This document shows positions 41,372 to 54,213 of a stretch of DNA of 64,000 bases, in pieces. The first letter of the stretch is position 1. Every line of letters starts with the position of its first letter. The position numbers and the translations under genes were made by a program. The notes under the pieces were generated by a model. That model was not told the DNA's origin. It saw only the letters and a list, made by a program, of their open reading frames with translations, and searched no databases. The stretch is from Octopus vulgaris (lineage: Eukaryota): assembly GCA_951406725.2 (NCBI GenBank), contig OX597817.1, positions 70,432,001 through 70,496,000 of the forward strand, in the 5' to 3' direction.

Positions 41372-42882
41372 GGGGTCAGGGGCATGGGTATACTTCTTGC
41401 AGAGAAATGGATTGATAAGTTAATCAAGGTTGTCAGAGTCTGTGATAGAATACTTAAGATTAGATTAGTGCTTCATTATGGGTTAGCAACCATTATCTCG
41501 GCCTCAGCTGGGGCTACCTCATGGACAGAAAGACCGATTTTATGATACCCTCTTGCAGACTACCTCATTGACGAATGACAAGGACCTTCCCTTTGTGGCT
41601 GGTCACTTCAATGGTCATGTTGGACAACATACAGTGGATTTCTATGGCGTACATGGAGGCTATGGTTTTGGTTTCCGCAATGAGAAGGGAACCAGGCTGC
41701 TGGAGTTCTCCAATGCAAATAATCTTATGGTTTGCAATACTAACTTCAGGAAACCTGCCAGTCACCTAGTCACCTACAATTCTGGCAGACACACTAGTCA
41801 AATTTACTACATCCTCATCAGAAAAAGGGAAAGATGGCTGCTTATAAATGCCAAAACCTTCTCAGGCAAAGAATATACCCCACAATATAGACTAGTAGTT
41901 AGCAACTTCAGGATCAGGGCTAAATAGATGCCCAGAAGACAACCAGCATGGGTCTGGAAGCTTAAAGATCCTACAAATGGACAGAGATTTAGAAATGTAT
42001 TACTCGAAGCCTTTGATGAAATAGAAGGGGATATAACATATGATATGATGTGGAAGACAACTAGAGGTTTCTACAGGCCAACCTGCCGAGGGCCACTGAC
42101 CAGATCTGTGGATGGTGCAAAGTCCCCTCTTGACCCAAGGTAATGTGATGGTGGAACAATGTTGTTAACAGGGCTATTAGAGAAAAGAAACAGGCTTGGA
42201 AGGACTGGAAGAATGGTAGTAGCAGGGAACTGTATCAGACTGCCAGAAAGGAAGCTAGGAGACAGGTTTATTTAGCCAGTGAGGAAGCAGATAAGAAAAA
42301 ATTTGCCAATGTTCTGTGCCATGAGGACCAAAGACTTGAGGTATATTGTGTTGCAAGACAGTGTGTGAGAGAGAATCATGATGTCATAAGAGAGAAATAT
42401 GTCCGCATGGATGACAGTTCACTTGCATTAAACAAAGCTGCAAAGAGAGAGGTTTCGGGATGCCACTATGAAAGGTTGCTCAATAAAAAGAATGAATGGG
42501 AGAAAGAAGTCTGCCGAATGTCAATCCAACAGAGGGACCAGCTATCCAAATTCACAGTACCTTGGTAGATAAAGCAATTAAGGGAATGAAGACAGGGAAA
42601 GCCCCCCAGCCCATCAGGAATCACTGCAGAGATGCTCAAAATATCTGGCAGTGTCAGCTATAGCCTAGTCACCTGTATAGTTAACCAAGTGATACATGAA
42701 GGAGTCATACCTAATAACTGGTGTAGCAGCACCATAGTCAACTGCTACAAAGGTAAAGGTGACGCTTTAGATACAAATAATTACAGAGGTATCAAGTTGT
42801 TGGATCAGGTAATGAAGGTTACGGAGAGGGTCGTAGCCCAACTAATTAGGGAGAGAGTCAGTCTAGATGAGATGCAGTTTGG
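41372..42882 (+). pseudogene. Degenerate RTE fragment (APE to start of RT), related to the 33.2-38.4 kb element
   Basis: Translations GILLAEKWIDK, GHFNGHVG, NTNFRKPASHLVTY, CYKGKGDALDTNNYRGIKLLDQVMKV, LDEMQFG, with stops and frameshifts; truncated at both ends. Confidence 0.93.
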
Positions 42883-42884
42883 AA

Positions 42885-43725
42885 AGACAGAATCCCTTAA
42901 GTTGACAGGTGGAATTTCAGTAGCCACATTATAGAAGTTTGGGTGTCTGTTTTGATTGTATCATGTAGTCTAAGAGGTCATATTGTCTTGGCAGGAATAG
43001 CTAACTTCAATATTATTGATATCAAAAAGTTTATTGTATTTGAATGATAATGGGAATGTTGCCTTACACAAGTAAGAAATCTGGCTGTATTAGTGGTCAC
43101 ACCAAAGTTGAATGGTGAATTAAACTAGGTTATATTCCTCTTACTGGTTCTTTTCAAATGTGTTCAAATGAAGGAGAGGGTCCATACATCAATTTCTAAA
43201 TAAAGCCATTTGTATTTAGCCTATCATTATAGCACAAGGTTATCTTGTTCAAGGTATCTCTATCGAAGGATAGATCAGAGACACTTGTACTTATTTTAGT
43301 TTCATGATTCCTAATTATCACTGGGAGATGATTAGGATTCATTCTGTGGCAGTATCAAGGATGAACAACCCCACAAGATCACTTATTTCCGATCCATCAT
43401 ACCTTCCTATGCAGTCACTGAACAAAGAGTCATCATTCTTTTAATGCAATAGGAATTGTAGCAATACAACAGTGACCTCCTGGCATTCCTCATTATTATT
43501 CTGGTATCTAGGTCACTAATTATAGTGAGTTTGCTCCAAAGATCCAGCGCTTTCAGAAGGAGTTAAGAGATGGAGGGATAATAGTCCACAACATCAAATT
43601 GGGTGAGTCTGCAGAATGGTGTGTTTTCAATGCCATGAAACCACTTAATGATGATGGCGCTGCAGTTCCATTGTTCTAGTTTCAAAGTACTCATTGCACT
43701 GCGAATGACAGCATTTGATATGTTT
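42885..43725 (-). pseudogene. Penelope-like element (PLE) reverse transcriptase remnant, internally deleted
   Basis: Minus strand: KLEQW..IIKWF..QFDVVDYYPSIS, LLKALD..NARRSLLY, GRYDGSEISDLVGLFIL, NPNHLPVII, KRNIT*FNSPF, IEVSYSCQDNM; these follow the PLE RT motif order (FDIxxFYPSI, GSYDGAEVCELVG, SNHPP, RNIIWFNPP, KVSYSCMxN). Confidence 0.85.
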
Positions 43726-44711
43726 GTGTGTGAGAGAGAGAGAGAAAAAAGAGGCAAATAGAGGAAGTGAGAATATGCATATTTATATCTTTCGTACACT
43801 TTAAATGAGAGTTATTGATGACAGAGAGATAGAGACAGAGAGAAAGGCAGTAGAGACAGATGGAGAGAGAGAAAAAGGCGAGGCAAAGAGGGAGAAGAGG
43901 GAAGAGGAAGTATGAGTGTACGTGTGCGTGTAGCGGGTGTAGGTAGGTGTAAGAGTAGAGGGAACATCAAAAGAACATCTAGAGTGCATGCACATGCATA
44001 TTTTATTTTTACTTTCAGCAGCAGTGCAAAGGTACAGCACACTACTGCTTGCTAAGTGCATATGAACCTCTGAATGAATGGCTGAATAACTGAATTGCTG
44101 AATGGAAGAATGAACGAATGAAGAAGATGAAGAAGAATGAATGAATATATGAATGACAGAATGACTGACTAACAGACAGACAAACCGGCTGGATGACTTA
44201 GTGCACGAATGAATGAAGGCTTGTATATTAAGCTATCGCTTTGCAAGATGGGTATCTCAAATGCAATTACACGTTTAATTTGCAAAAGCACCACACATGT
44301 GTAGACATGCACATACAAATATACATAAAGATATAGATGGATAGATAGAGAAATAGACAGATATAGACAGATAGTCAGACAGATGAACAGATATATAAAC
44401 AGATAAATAGATATACATACATACACACACACACGTGTGTACGTTCAATGTATTTATTATAATTAAACATGTTGATTACTGATAATTCGTGGCTTCTAAT
44501 TCTTTCACAGAATTAGGGGGAATATTTGTTTTAATTACTAAGAAATAGTTGAAAGATCCAGTAATTAATTTATTCGGTAATAATAAACAAAATACATACC
44601 ACTACGTCCATGCTTGATAGTGAGTTTGCTATTTAAGTCTCAGCTTTGTTTTCGCAAATAAACGCATTTTCACACATATACATGTTCATACATGTTATAT
44701 ATATATATGTA

Positions 44712-44760
<49 letters not shown>

Positions 44761-44761
<1 letters not shown>

Positions 44762-45062
44762 GAGGTGCAATGGCCCAGTGGCTAGAGCAGAGGACTCGCG
44801 GTCGTAGGATTGCGGCTTCGATTCCTAGACCGGGCGTTGTGAGTGTTTATTGAGTGAAAACACCTAAAGCTCCATGAGGCTCCGGCGGGGGTGGGTGGCA
44901 GTCCCTGCTGTACTCTTTTGCCACAACTTTCTCTCACTCTTTCTTCTGTTGGCCTGCTCGCTTAGCCAGTGGGGTGGCGTCATTTGAAGGCTAAAAAAAT
45001 GCGAAGCACATTGTGACCAGCGATGTGTAGCAACGTCTGATAGCCTGGTCAGTCACGGTGAT
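44761..45062 (+). mobile_element. tRNA-derived SINE family A (Arg-like head)
   Basis: A box tggcccagtgg, B box ttcgattcc; other copies at 57586-57896, 53342-53632, 62233-62374 (truncated), 41015-41179 (-). Confidence 0.88.
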
Positions 45063-45606
45063 ATATATATACTTTTACTTCTTTCAGTCATTTGACTGTG
45101 GCCATGCTGAAGCACTGACTTTTATATATATATATATATATCTGGTATCCTTAACTGGGTTTCAATCATGGCCGTGGTTGGCCATGAAGGACGTTTAGCT
45201 AAGCGAAGCGAAGTGACGAAAGGACATTTTTTTTAAGAAGATGCTTAATCTATCAGCTTCTTTTGCCAAATCACTAGATTGTAAGGAGGTAGACAAACCA
45301 ACACCATTTGTCACAAAGACACACACACACACACATACATACACACATCTATATGATTGGCCACTTTCAGTTTTTAATCACCAAATCCACTCATAAGGAT
45401 CTGGTCAACCCAGGAGTACAGTAGAAGACACTAACCCAAGGGTGCACACGGTGTGATTAAACCGGATACTACGTGGTTGGGAAGCAAGCCACACACCACA
45501 AAGCTATACCTGTACTTACATGTATTTATATATATATATATACATGTATGTGTGTGTGTATGCAGGTGTGTATATATATATATTTAACAGTGTGTATGTA
45601 TGCATA

Positions 45607-45641
<35 letters not shown>

Positions 45642-45655
45642 TTGCATGTGTGTGT

Positions 45656-45716
<61 letters not shown>

Positions 45717-45815
45717 TAATACAAACATGAAAACACAAAGAGAAAACACAACAATGTGAGGACATGGAACAAATATAGTATTATTGGACGCTCAGGAAGG
45801 AAGGGAAGAAGGAGG

Positions 45816-45850
45816 GTTTAACGTTTCGAGCGGAGCTCTTCGTCAGAAAC
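45816..45850 (-). ncRNA. Minimal type-I hammerhead ribozyme motif, intact core
   Basis: guuu-CUGACGA-a-gagc-ucc-gcuc-GAAA-cg-UU^aaac: stem I 4 bp, stem II 4 bp, palindromic ACGU stem III; decayed sibling at 17566-17600. Confidence 0.75.
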
Positions 45851-45984
45851 ATAGGAAAAGGAAAGATCCAGAGAAGGGAAGACGGAGGAAAAAAAAAATC
45901 GCCAATGGTACACACGCGATCACATTTTGAATGCATATATACATGTGTGTGTATGTATATATACATATATATACATACACACAC

Positions 45985-46039
<55 letters not shown>

Positions 46040-46242
46040 GGTTATGAAAGGTAATGGTGTCAAAAAGACCCAAGGTGTCAGGTAATGCTGAGTAAGTGCT
46101 ATGGACAGAAGCTCCAGGTTCGATGATAATACAAATGAGGAGTCCAACATAGGTCATATATTAGCATGCATATATTTAAAAAATTAACAGAATGAGATAA
46201 AAAATCCAAAGCTATGCAAGATTTCAGAACATTTATAAAGAG

Positions 46243-46290
46243 GTCTTACAGCTGTTTCCAGGATATTTTATATATCCCTTCATCAGGGAC
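46243..46290 (-). ncRNA. Minimal type-I hammerhead motif in inverted repeat 46185-46449
   Basis: gucc-CUGAUGA-ag-ggauau-auaaa-auaucc-ug-GAAAC-agcu-GUA^agac; palindromic ACAGCUGU; partner copy on + at 46346-46388. Confidence 0.7.
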
Positions 46291-46449
46291 AGTGTGAGAA
46301 AATGGTGATGCAATAGTTATTATAGAGAAGATATGAAATACACAGTGATGAAGGGATATACAAAACACCCTGGAAACAGCTGTAAGACCTTCTCTTTATA
46401 AATGTTCTAAAACCTTGCACAGCCTTGGATTTTTTATCTCATTCTGTTA

Positions 46450-46482
<33 letters not shown>

Positions 46483-46490
<8 letters not shown>

Positions 46491-46908
46491 ATATTTCGGA
46501 ATGGTCATATTGCCAGTTTAGCCAATAAAAACACACGCACTATATATTTGGTGTTATTTTGCTTCAGTGATATTTATTTTTTACATTAATCTTAATCTTA
46601 TTTCGGCCAAAGTTCTTTCGTCACACTCCTGTGACCGCATCAGTGGTCCTTTGTTTTCTTCTCACTTACTTGTGTCTCTCCTTAATACAAAATGGCTGAC
46701 GGTTAGTAAGGAGAGACACAAGTAAGTGAGAAGAAAACAAAGGACCACTGATGCGGTCACAGGAGTGTGACGAAAGAACTTTGGCCGAAATAAGATTAAG
46801 ATTAATGTAAAAAATAAATATCACTGAAGCAAAATAACACCAAATATATAGTGCGTGTGTTTTTATTGGCTAAACTGGCAATATGACCATTCCGAAATAT
46901 AACAATAT
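46483..46908. repeat. Perfect inverted repeat, 202-bp arms and 22-nt spacer, each arm with a hammerhead-like motif
   Basis: 46483-46684 is the reverse complement of 46707-46908; related copies at 19605-19780 and 3062-3137/3578-3700. Confidence 0.95.
46742..46786 (+). ncRNA. Hammerhead-like motif with variant core CUGAUGC; mirror copy at 46605-46649 (-)
   Basis: ggacca-CUGAUGC-g-gucac-aggagu-gugac-GAAA-gaac-UU^uggcc; the sibling at 19723-19767 has canonical CUGAUGA and a CUC site. Confidence 0.6.
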
Positions 46909-46961
46909 CTGTTTCAACACACGACTTCACATAAAAAATCTTGCACAACAAATATTTAAAC

Positions 46962-47000
<39 letters not shown>

Positions 47001-47039
47001 CATATGATATATATATGTGTGTGTGTGTGTGTATATATA

Positions 47040-47386
47040 GAGGCACACTGGCCCAGTGGTTAGAGCAGCAGACTCACGGTCATAGGATCGCAGTTTCAAA
47101 TCCCAGACCAGGCGTTGTGAGCAAAAACACCAGCTCCAGCAGGTGTGGTGGCAAACTCTACTGCACTCTTTCACCACAACTATCACTCTTTCTTCTTGTT
47201 TCTGTTGTACCTGTATCCCAAAGGGCCAACCTTGTCACACTCTGTGTCATGCTGAATCTTCTCGAGAACTACGTTAAGGGTACACATGTCTGTGGAGTGC
47301 TCAGCCACTTGCACGTTAATTTCATGAGCAGGCTGCTCAGTTGATCAAATCAAATAGAACTCTCATCATCATAACTGAGTGCCAGC
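47040..47386 (+). mobile_element. SINE family F (A-type head, third tail)
   Basis: Tail ...ccttgtcacactctgtgtcatgctgaatct...gttgatc also at about 7415-7697, 13140-13320 and 29511-29724 (all -). Confidence 0.8.
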
Positions 47387-47942
47387 ATATATATATATAT
47401 ACACATAAGACACACACAAACATATATACATATACATTATATATGTATGCCTGAATGTATCCACATCTATGTATGAGCATATATATATATTAAATATGTA
47501 TGCATGAAAGTATCCACATATATATATATATTTGTATCCATGAATGTATCCACATGTGTATGTGAATGTATATACATATATATAGAGAGAGAGAGTAGAA
47601 AACAAAGGGGTTTAAAATTTACTACACCTGTTTCGGTAGGATTTTATTGATGCACTCATAGATTACATCATATCGTAAATCCATCATTCTCATGTAAAAT
47701 TTTAAACATGTACACACAGTCCTGCAGCACACTATCTTGCTACCAATGCATGGCACTTGGTTTTACCTCACTGCAAAATCAACGGCATCCAATGAGTTGA
47801 TGTGTCTATATTGTAATGCATCATGCAAATAATCGATACATATATATATATAGGGAGAGTTCACGAAAAAAACAAAAGACGAAGACAGATGGTGTATAAA
47901 ACAAACAGATGTATTAGTATAATGCTCAGGAATTGAAAAAGT

Positions 47943-47978
47943 CTTCTATGTTTCGAACCTATGCTCTTCTACAGAAAG
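47943..47978 (-). ncRNA. Degenerate hammerhead-like motif in (TA)n-flanked module 47852-48010
   Basis: cuuu-CUGUAGA-a-gagc-auag-guuc-GAAAC-AUA^gaag; same layout as 45816-45850, shared neighbouring gtatta..gctcaggaa. Confidence 0.45.
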
Positions 47979-48191
47979 GGACACAGAAAAAAACAAGGAG
48001 AGAAAAAACAATATATATATATATAAAAATAACACATTTCTTCCACCCCTTTAATTTTCTTTGTCATTTGTACTCTGTATGTTGGACCTATTAATATAAA
48101 TATCTATATATTTGTACTTAATAGTTCATCATTTCAAAGTCTCCACCTTTTGCTTTCTCTCATTTTGGATGTATACCTATATACATACTGA

Positions 48192-48265
<74 letters not shown>

Positions 48266-48278
48266 TACACACACAAGA

Positions 48279-48665
48279 GGTATTAATAGATTCATGCATT
48301 TATGTTACTTGAACAGGCATATTTATAAAATATGCCTCTCAGATACATGGCGTATTTTATAGACATGCCTATTCAAGTATCATAACATGAAACTATTAGT
48401 AGCTTTTTCAGATCTGTATTTACATTGATATTTATCTCTCACTGGATGGAGTACTTTCTTCTGTTGATTCTACTTCTATTGGATCTTTAAGCTATATATA
48501 TATACACAAAAATTCTATAATTATGAGTATTATTATAATTAGGGTTCAACAAAATTTGCTTCACCACATACCGAAATTTAGAAATTTCGGTAAAATTTCG
48601 GTATGTGGTGAAGCAAATTTTGATGAACCCTAATTATAATTATACTCATAATTATAGAAATTTTA
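48279..48665. repeat. Two adjacent palindromes (48279-48403 and 48508-48665)
   Basis: Arms of about 55 bp and 67 bp are reverse complements. Confidence 0.85.
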
Positions 48666-48761
48666 TAGAAGTTTACCAATAATGGTTCTCTTAACATACC
48701 GAACTACTTGGTAAAATTATTAATTATTAATTTATTAATTAATTTTACTTTTTATTATTAT

Positions 48762-49377
48762 AGCGAGGTCTTCTGTGATGTGATCTTTGCAGTGTGGGGT
48801 CACGCATTGTCCAGATGAAACATTACTCCTTTTCAATTCACTAAAGCAGGTCTTTTTTTTTTCTTCAAAGCTTGGATCAAATATTCTAATTGCTGACAAT
48901 AGACTTGAGCATTGATTGTTGCATTAGGTGGAAACAATTCAAAGTGAATTACTCCTTTGCAATCCCACCAGATAGAGAAGAACCTGTTTCCCATGAATTT
49001 CCCTTCTCGGTTGTGTTTGAGCTTTTTCCCTTATACCAAGCCACTTCTGAATTTTGCAAACCATCTTCTGCAAGTTCTTTCATTCAAGCATTCTTTCCCA
49101 TAAACTGAGCATGTTTCGAGCCGCTTCGGCTGCAGAGTTTCCTTTTTTTGTACTCATAAAGCATTATGTGCCTCCAATGCTCTTTGGATACTTCCATGTA
49201 AGAATGGGTTTTAATCAAAGAAATTTTAATTCCATTATTCTGTAAAATAATATTTAATTAGTTTAAATACACACAAATGCATAAAAATAACTTTTAATTC
49301 TGTTAGACATTCTAAAATACTATTAAATTTAATTCAATTTTAAAAACGGTAAAATCGGACAGAACTTATGGAATGAC

Positions 49378-49381
<4 letters not shown>
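48762..49381 (-). mobile_element. Mariner transposon remnant (5' TIR plus deleted, frameshifted transposase)
   Basis: TA|TCAGGTCATTCCATAAGTTCTGTCCG end; ATG at 49197 MEVSKEHWRHIMLYEYKK, RTCRRWFAKFRSG, IWWDCKGVIHFEL, YCQQL, GVMFHLDNA*PHTA. Confidence 0.9.
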
Positions 49382-49423
<42 letters not shown>

Positions 49424-49587
49424 TATATGCATTCATATATGTATGCACATATATATAAATATATATATATATATAGGTATACATATATATACACATTACA
49501 TATACATATATGTACATATATACAAACATACACATATATATATATATATATACACACACACATATATGCATTCATATATGTATGCAC

Positions 49588-49618
<31 letters not shown>

Positions 49619-50254
49619 GGTATACATATATATACACATTACATATACATATATATACACATATACACACACACATATTATATATATATATATATATATA
49701 CATACATATATGTATATACACATATGTATACGTACATACACACAATACACAAACACTCACACACGTATACGTATGTATATACTTATTAGTGATATTTCGT
49801 TGTCGATTTCAGGACTTTCAACATTAGCCCCACTACGTTAGAGGACCCAGCCAGTCCAAACTTGCCTCGGAATTGCTCTGAACCACTAATCTTCCCACTT
49901 TATCCAAAGACATTTAGCGCCCTTCTATTCAGCATTGCTTACGGAACGTATGACCCTCCTCTTTGCTGTGCAAATAACTCCATGCCCAGTCAGCGCGCTT
50001 TGCAGCAGGAACGTCCCACAAAAATTCGCCAGCCTTCTTTAATTGGCTTGTAAAATATCCAACAGCTACCTTGTGTCTATATCTATATATCACATACACA
50101 CACATACACGCCATGTATTTATGTACCTACCTACCTATCCATATGTATATATCATAACTATTATATATATGTATATATCATACGCGAACACATATTCATT
50201 TATTATCATTACTTAATGTCTGCTTTCCGTGCTGGCACAGGACGAACTATGTAT

Positions 50255-50299
<45 letters not shown>

Positions 50300-50619
50300 A
50301 TATATATAATTATTATAAATACTTATTATCTATCTTCCTATCTATGTAGACAGATAGATAGACAGAAGATGAACGGATGGGCGGGCCGAAGGAAGGATGG
50401 ACAGAAGGATAAAGGGAAGGACAGATGGACAGACAGACAGATATGTATATGTATGCGCAAATGAAGAAATACTCAGAAAAGAGCAGGACCCACCAGCACT
50501 GATGATTTATATATATATATATATATATAACATACATACATACATATATATATATAACATACATAACATACATACATATATATATATAACATACATAACA
50601 TACATACATATATATATAT

Positions 50620-50692
<73 letters not shown>

Positions 50693-50745
50693 CATACATA
50701 CATATATATATATATATATACATACATACATATATATATATATAT

Positions 50746-50855
<110 letters not shown>

Positions 50856-50952
50856 ACATACATACAAGAAATATACAGATATATATATGCGTGTGTTCCG
50901 TATATATGAAACATATCTATAAGTGGAACACACATATTATACATATATACAT

Positions 50953-50990
<38 letters not shown>

Positions 50991-52938
50991 CATACATACA
51001 TACATACATTACTTATGTGTGTGTGTGTGTATGTAAATATGTAGGCATGCATACTGTCTGAAAGCGAGCGGAAATACAAAGCAAGGAGGGAGTCTGTATA
51101 TGATCATTTGACCTGCTAGGTATAGCAGCAAAATTACCCTTCAAAAAGAGAAAGGTGCAGTTCATAGTGTAACTGTAAATACCCAGTGTTTGAGAAAACA
51201 ATGATGGTGCGGTTGCCATACTTTTGATCTTAGGCTCATTTTGTATAAGAAGTTGATAGTAATGATATATGGAGACACTTGCATGTATGCACACCCACAT
51301 TTACATAAGCAAACAGACTTATGCACAGGGACACACACTTACATAAACATGTACCCACACATATAAACATGTATACCTTAACACACACACAGACACATAA
51401 AAACATATGTACACACACACACACATATATAAAAGCACATAAGCAGGTGTGGCTAAATGGCAAGAAGTTTGCTTTGCAACCACATGATCCTGGGCTGAGT
51501 TCTACAGTCAGGTACCTTGGTCGAATATTTTCAAGTCCCAAGCGGCTTCTAATCCAATCAAAGCCTTGTGAGTGTGTCTGGTAGACAGAAACTGAAAAAG
51601 CTTTTCATATACATGAGTGTGTATGTGAGGGGCATTTGTGCTTGTGTCTATCCCCCACCACTGCTTGAAAACCAGTGTTGGTATGTTTACATCCTCGTAA
51701 CGGCAGTTTAGCAAAAAGCGATTGACAGGATAACTACTAGACTTTAAAAAAAAAGGTACTGGGGTCGATTTGTTTGACTAATCCCTTCAAGGCAGTGCTC
51801 CAGCATGGCCGCAGTCTAGTGACAGAAACAAATAAAAGATAAAAAGATAAAAGCTTCACCATATGCACACCCCAGCGCACTAATACACACACACACTTGC
51901 AAATATGCGATCATATAAGCATCCACATACCCTTATGTAGGTTGTTCACATAAAATGTAGCTTTGCAAAGCACAGTGTCACGCCCCTGTCCATCTAAACA
52001 GCACGAAGTACACACCCACATTCACATGAAGACGAAAACATCTCACTCACAAGAAGCACATCCAGGAACACATGGAAATAATCCCCACCCACCTGCCATA
52101 CATAGACTGGTTTATGAACAGCCACCCGCATGCAAATACAAACACGCATCGACTACTCAAAACACAAATACATATAGAGAGAGATATATATATATATACA
52201 GAGAATTCCTGTAAACGCATATATAGACACACATGGGCTTATCTACAGCCATCCCACTTACTAATACACATAGAAATAGGAAAACTTATCAACAACCACC
52301 CACATACAGAAAGCCTTATCAACAGTGACCCATATGCAGACACAAACACAGACGCATATGTGCGCATACAGAGGAACTTATCAACAGCCACCCGTTTACA
52401 AACACGGTTATTAAAAACATGCAAATACATACAAGACACACACTCACATAGAGAGGTTTATCGACAGCAACAGCCAGCTTCATACATCTACAGGCATACA
52501 CATACACACACACACACACACACGTGCGCACACGCACACACTCTCAAACTGCCACCCACACAGACGAAAACTTACACCCTACAAACACGTCCACTCAGAG
52601 ACACGACCATCCCAACATAGTTGCACCCAGTCATACACAAATATGCAGAACCCACTCACACACACACACACATGCACATGTAAACACACACACAATGTAA
52701 ACATGCACATACATACACGTATATACATTTAAAAACATACACAAATGAATGCCATTTTAATATAAGAATTAATACACCAAGCCAAGGAGGTAGGGTAGTA
52801 GTAGTAGTAGTAGTAAGAGGAGAGAGAAAGAGAAGTAGGTTTTCGCATATCATCAATAACCATTGCATATAAAGAAACTGGCACATGTCTAACATATTAG
52901 AGTATGAATGCACACTTTATATATATATATATATATAT

Positions 52939-53268
52939 GAAGGTGCATGGCTCAGTGGTTAGAGTGTTGGGCTCACAATCATGAGGTAGTGAGTTCAATT
53001 CTCAAGTCAGGCTCTGCGTTGTGTTCTTGAGCAAGACACTTTTTATTTTATGTTGCTCCAATTCACTCAGAGGTAGAAATGAGTTGTGATGTCACTGGTG
53101 CCAAGCTGTATCAGCCTTTGACTTTCTCTTTGATAACATTGTTGGAGAAGGGAAGTTGGTATGCATGGGCAACTGCTGGTCTTCCATAAACAAACTTGCC
53201 CAGACTTGTGCCTCGGAGGTGAACTTTCTAAGTAAAATCACATGGTCACTCATGACCAAAGGGGGTCT
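52939..53268 (+). mobile_element. tRNA-derived SINE family E
   Basis: A box tggctcagtgg, B box gagttcaattc, cttgagcaagacactt core; copies at 55328-55616, about 60485-60797, and 17251-17458 (-). Confidence 0.85.
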
Positions 53269-53277
53269 TCACCCTTT

Positions 53278-53331
<54 letters not shown>

Positions 53332-53341
53332 GTGTGTGTGT

Positions 53342-53810
53342 GGAGGCGCAATGCCCAGTGGTTAGGGCTGCAGACTCGTAGTTGTAGGTTCATGGTTTTG
53401 ATTCCCAGACTGGGCGTTGTGAGTGTTTATTGAGTGAAAACACCTAAAAGCTCCACGAGGCTCCGGCAGGGGGTGGTGATCCCTGCTGTACTCTTTCACC
53501 ACTCTTTCTCTCACTCTTTCTTCTGTTGGCCTGTTCGCTTAGCCAGCAGGGTGGCATCATTCGAAGGTTAAAACAATGGGAACGCATTGTTTTAACCTTC
53601 CTGGTCGGTCACGTGATCACGTGACCGACCAGACCATCAGATGTTGTTACACATTGCTGGTCACAATGCGTTCGCATTGTTTTAACCTTCGAATGATGCC
53701 ACCCCGCTGGCTAAACGAGCAGGCCAACAGAAGACAGATTGAGAGAAAGAGTGGTGAAAGAGTACAGCAGGGATCACCACCCCCTGCCGAAACCTCGTGG
53801 AGTTTTTAGG
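53342..53810. mobile_element. Two family A SINEs joined tail-to-tail
   Basis: + copy from 53342, - copy to 53810, junction is the 32-bp perfect palindrome at 53601-53632. Confidence 0.85.
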
Positions 53811-54213
53811 AATAGACATGAAGTTAAAGCAGTTTGCTTCATGGAACTCGTATATTTCTGGATTCAGTCTCATGGGGAAGAATTTCAGCATGCTGACCAA
53901 TAACTAGTGAGTGAGACTTATTACACAGAAACAATGCAGTTGTGTAACATATACGTACCTAGGTAAGTTTGTACATCCATTTAAATAATAGCAGGAGGAC
54001 ACCTAGGAGTCACTACCTAGGTGGACCTAGATCTCCTAGAGTGTTGGGAACTAACAGGCTGAAACATTTGCATGACGAGAGCCCTTCCTCTGAATATTTC
54101 ACCTGCAGTCCACTCAGTCCGTAACGAGTTTCTGCTCACTACATATGTGTGTGTGTGTAGATGTGTATGCATGTTTGTAATGTAAATATATTATATATTT
54201 AGATATGTATAGT

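Noticed and set aside
45140-45230. Hairpin tcatggcc/ggccatga considered as a twister or HDV-like ribozyme
   Set aside because: Required pseudoknot pairings and conserved nucleotides not found
52072-52620. 182-aa ORF
   Set aside because: Made of loose (AC)-rich repeats; no domain signal
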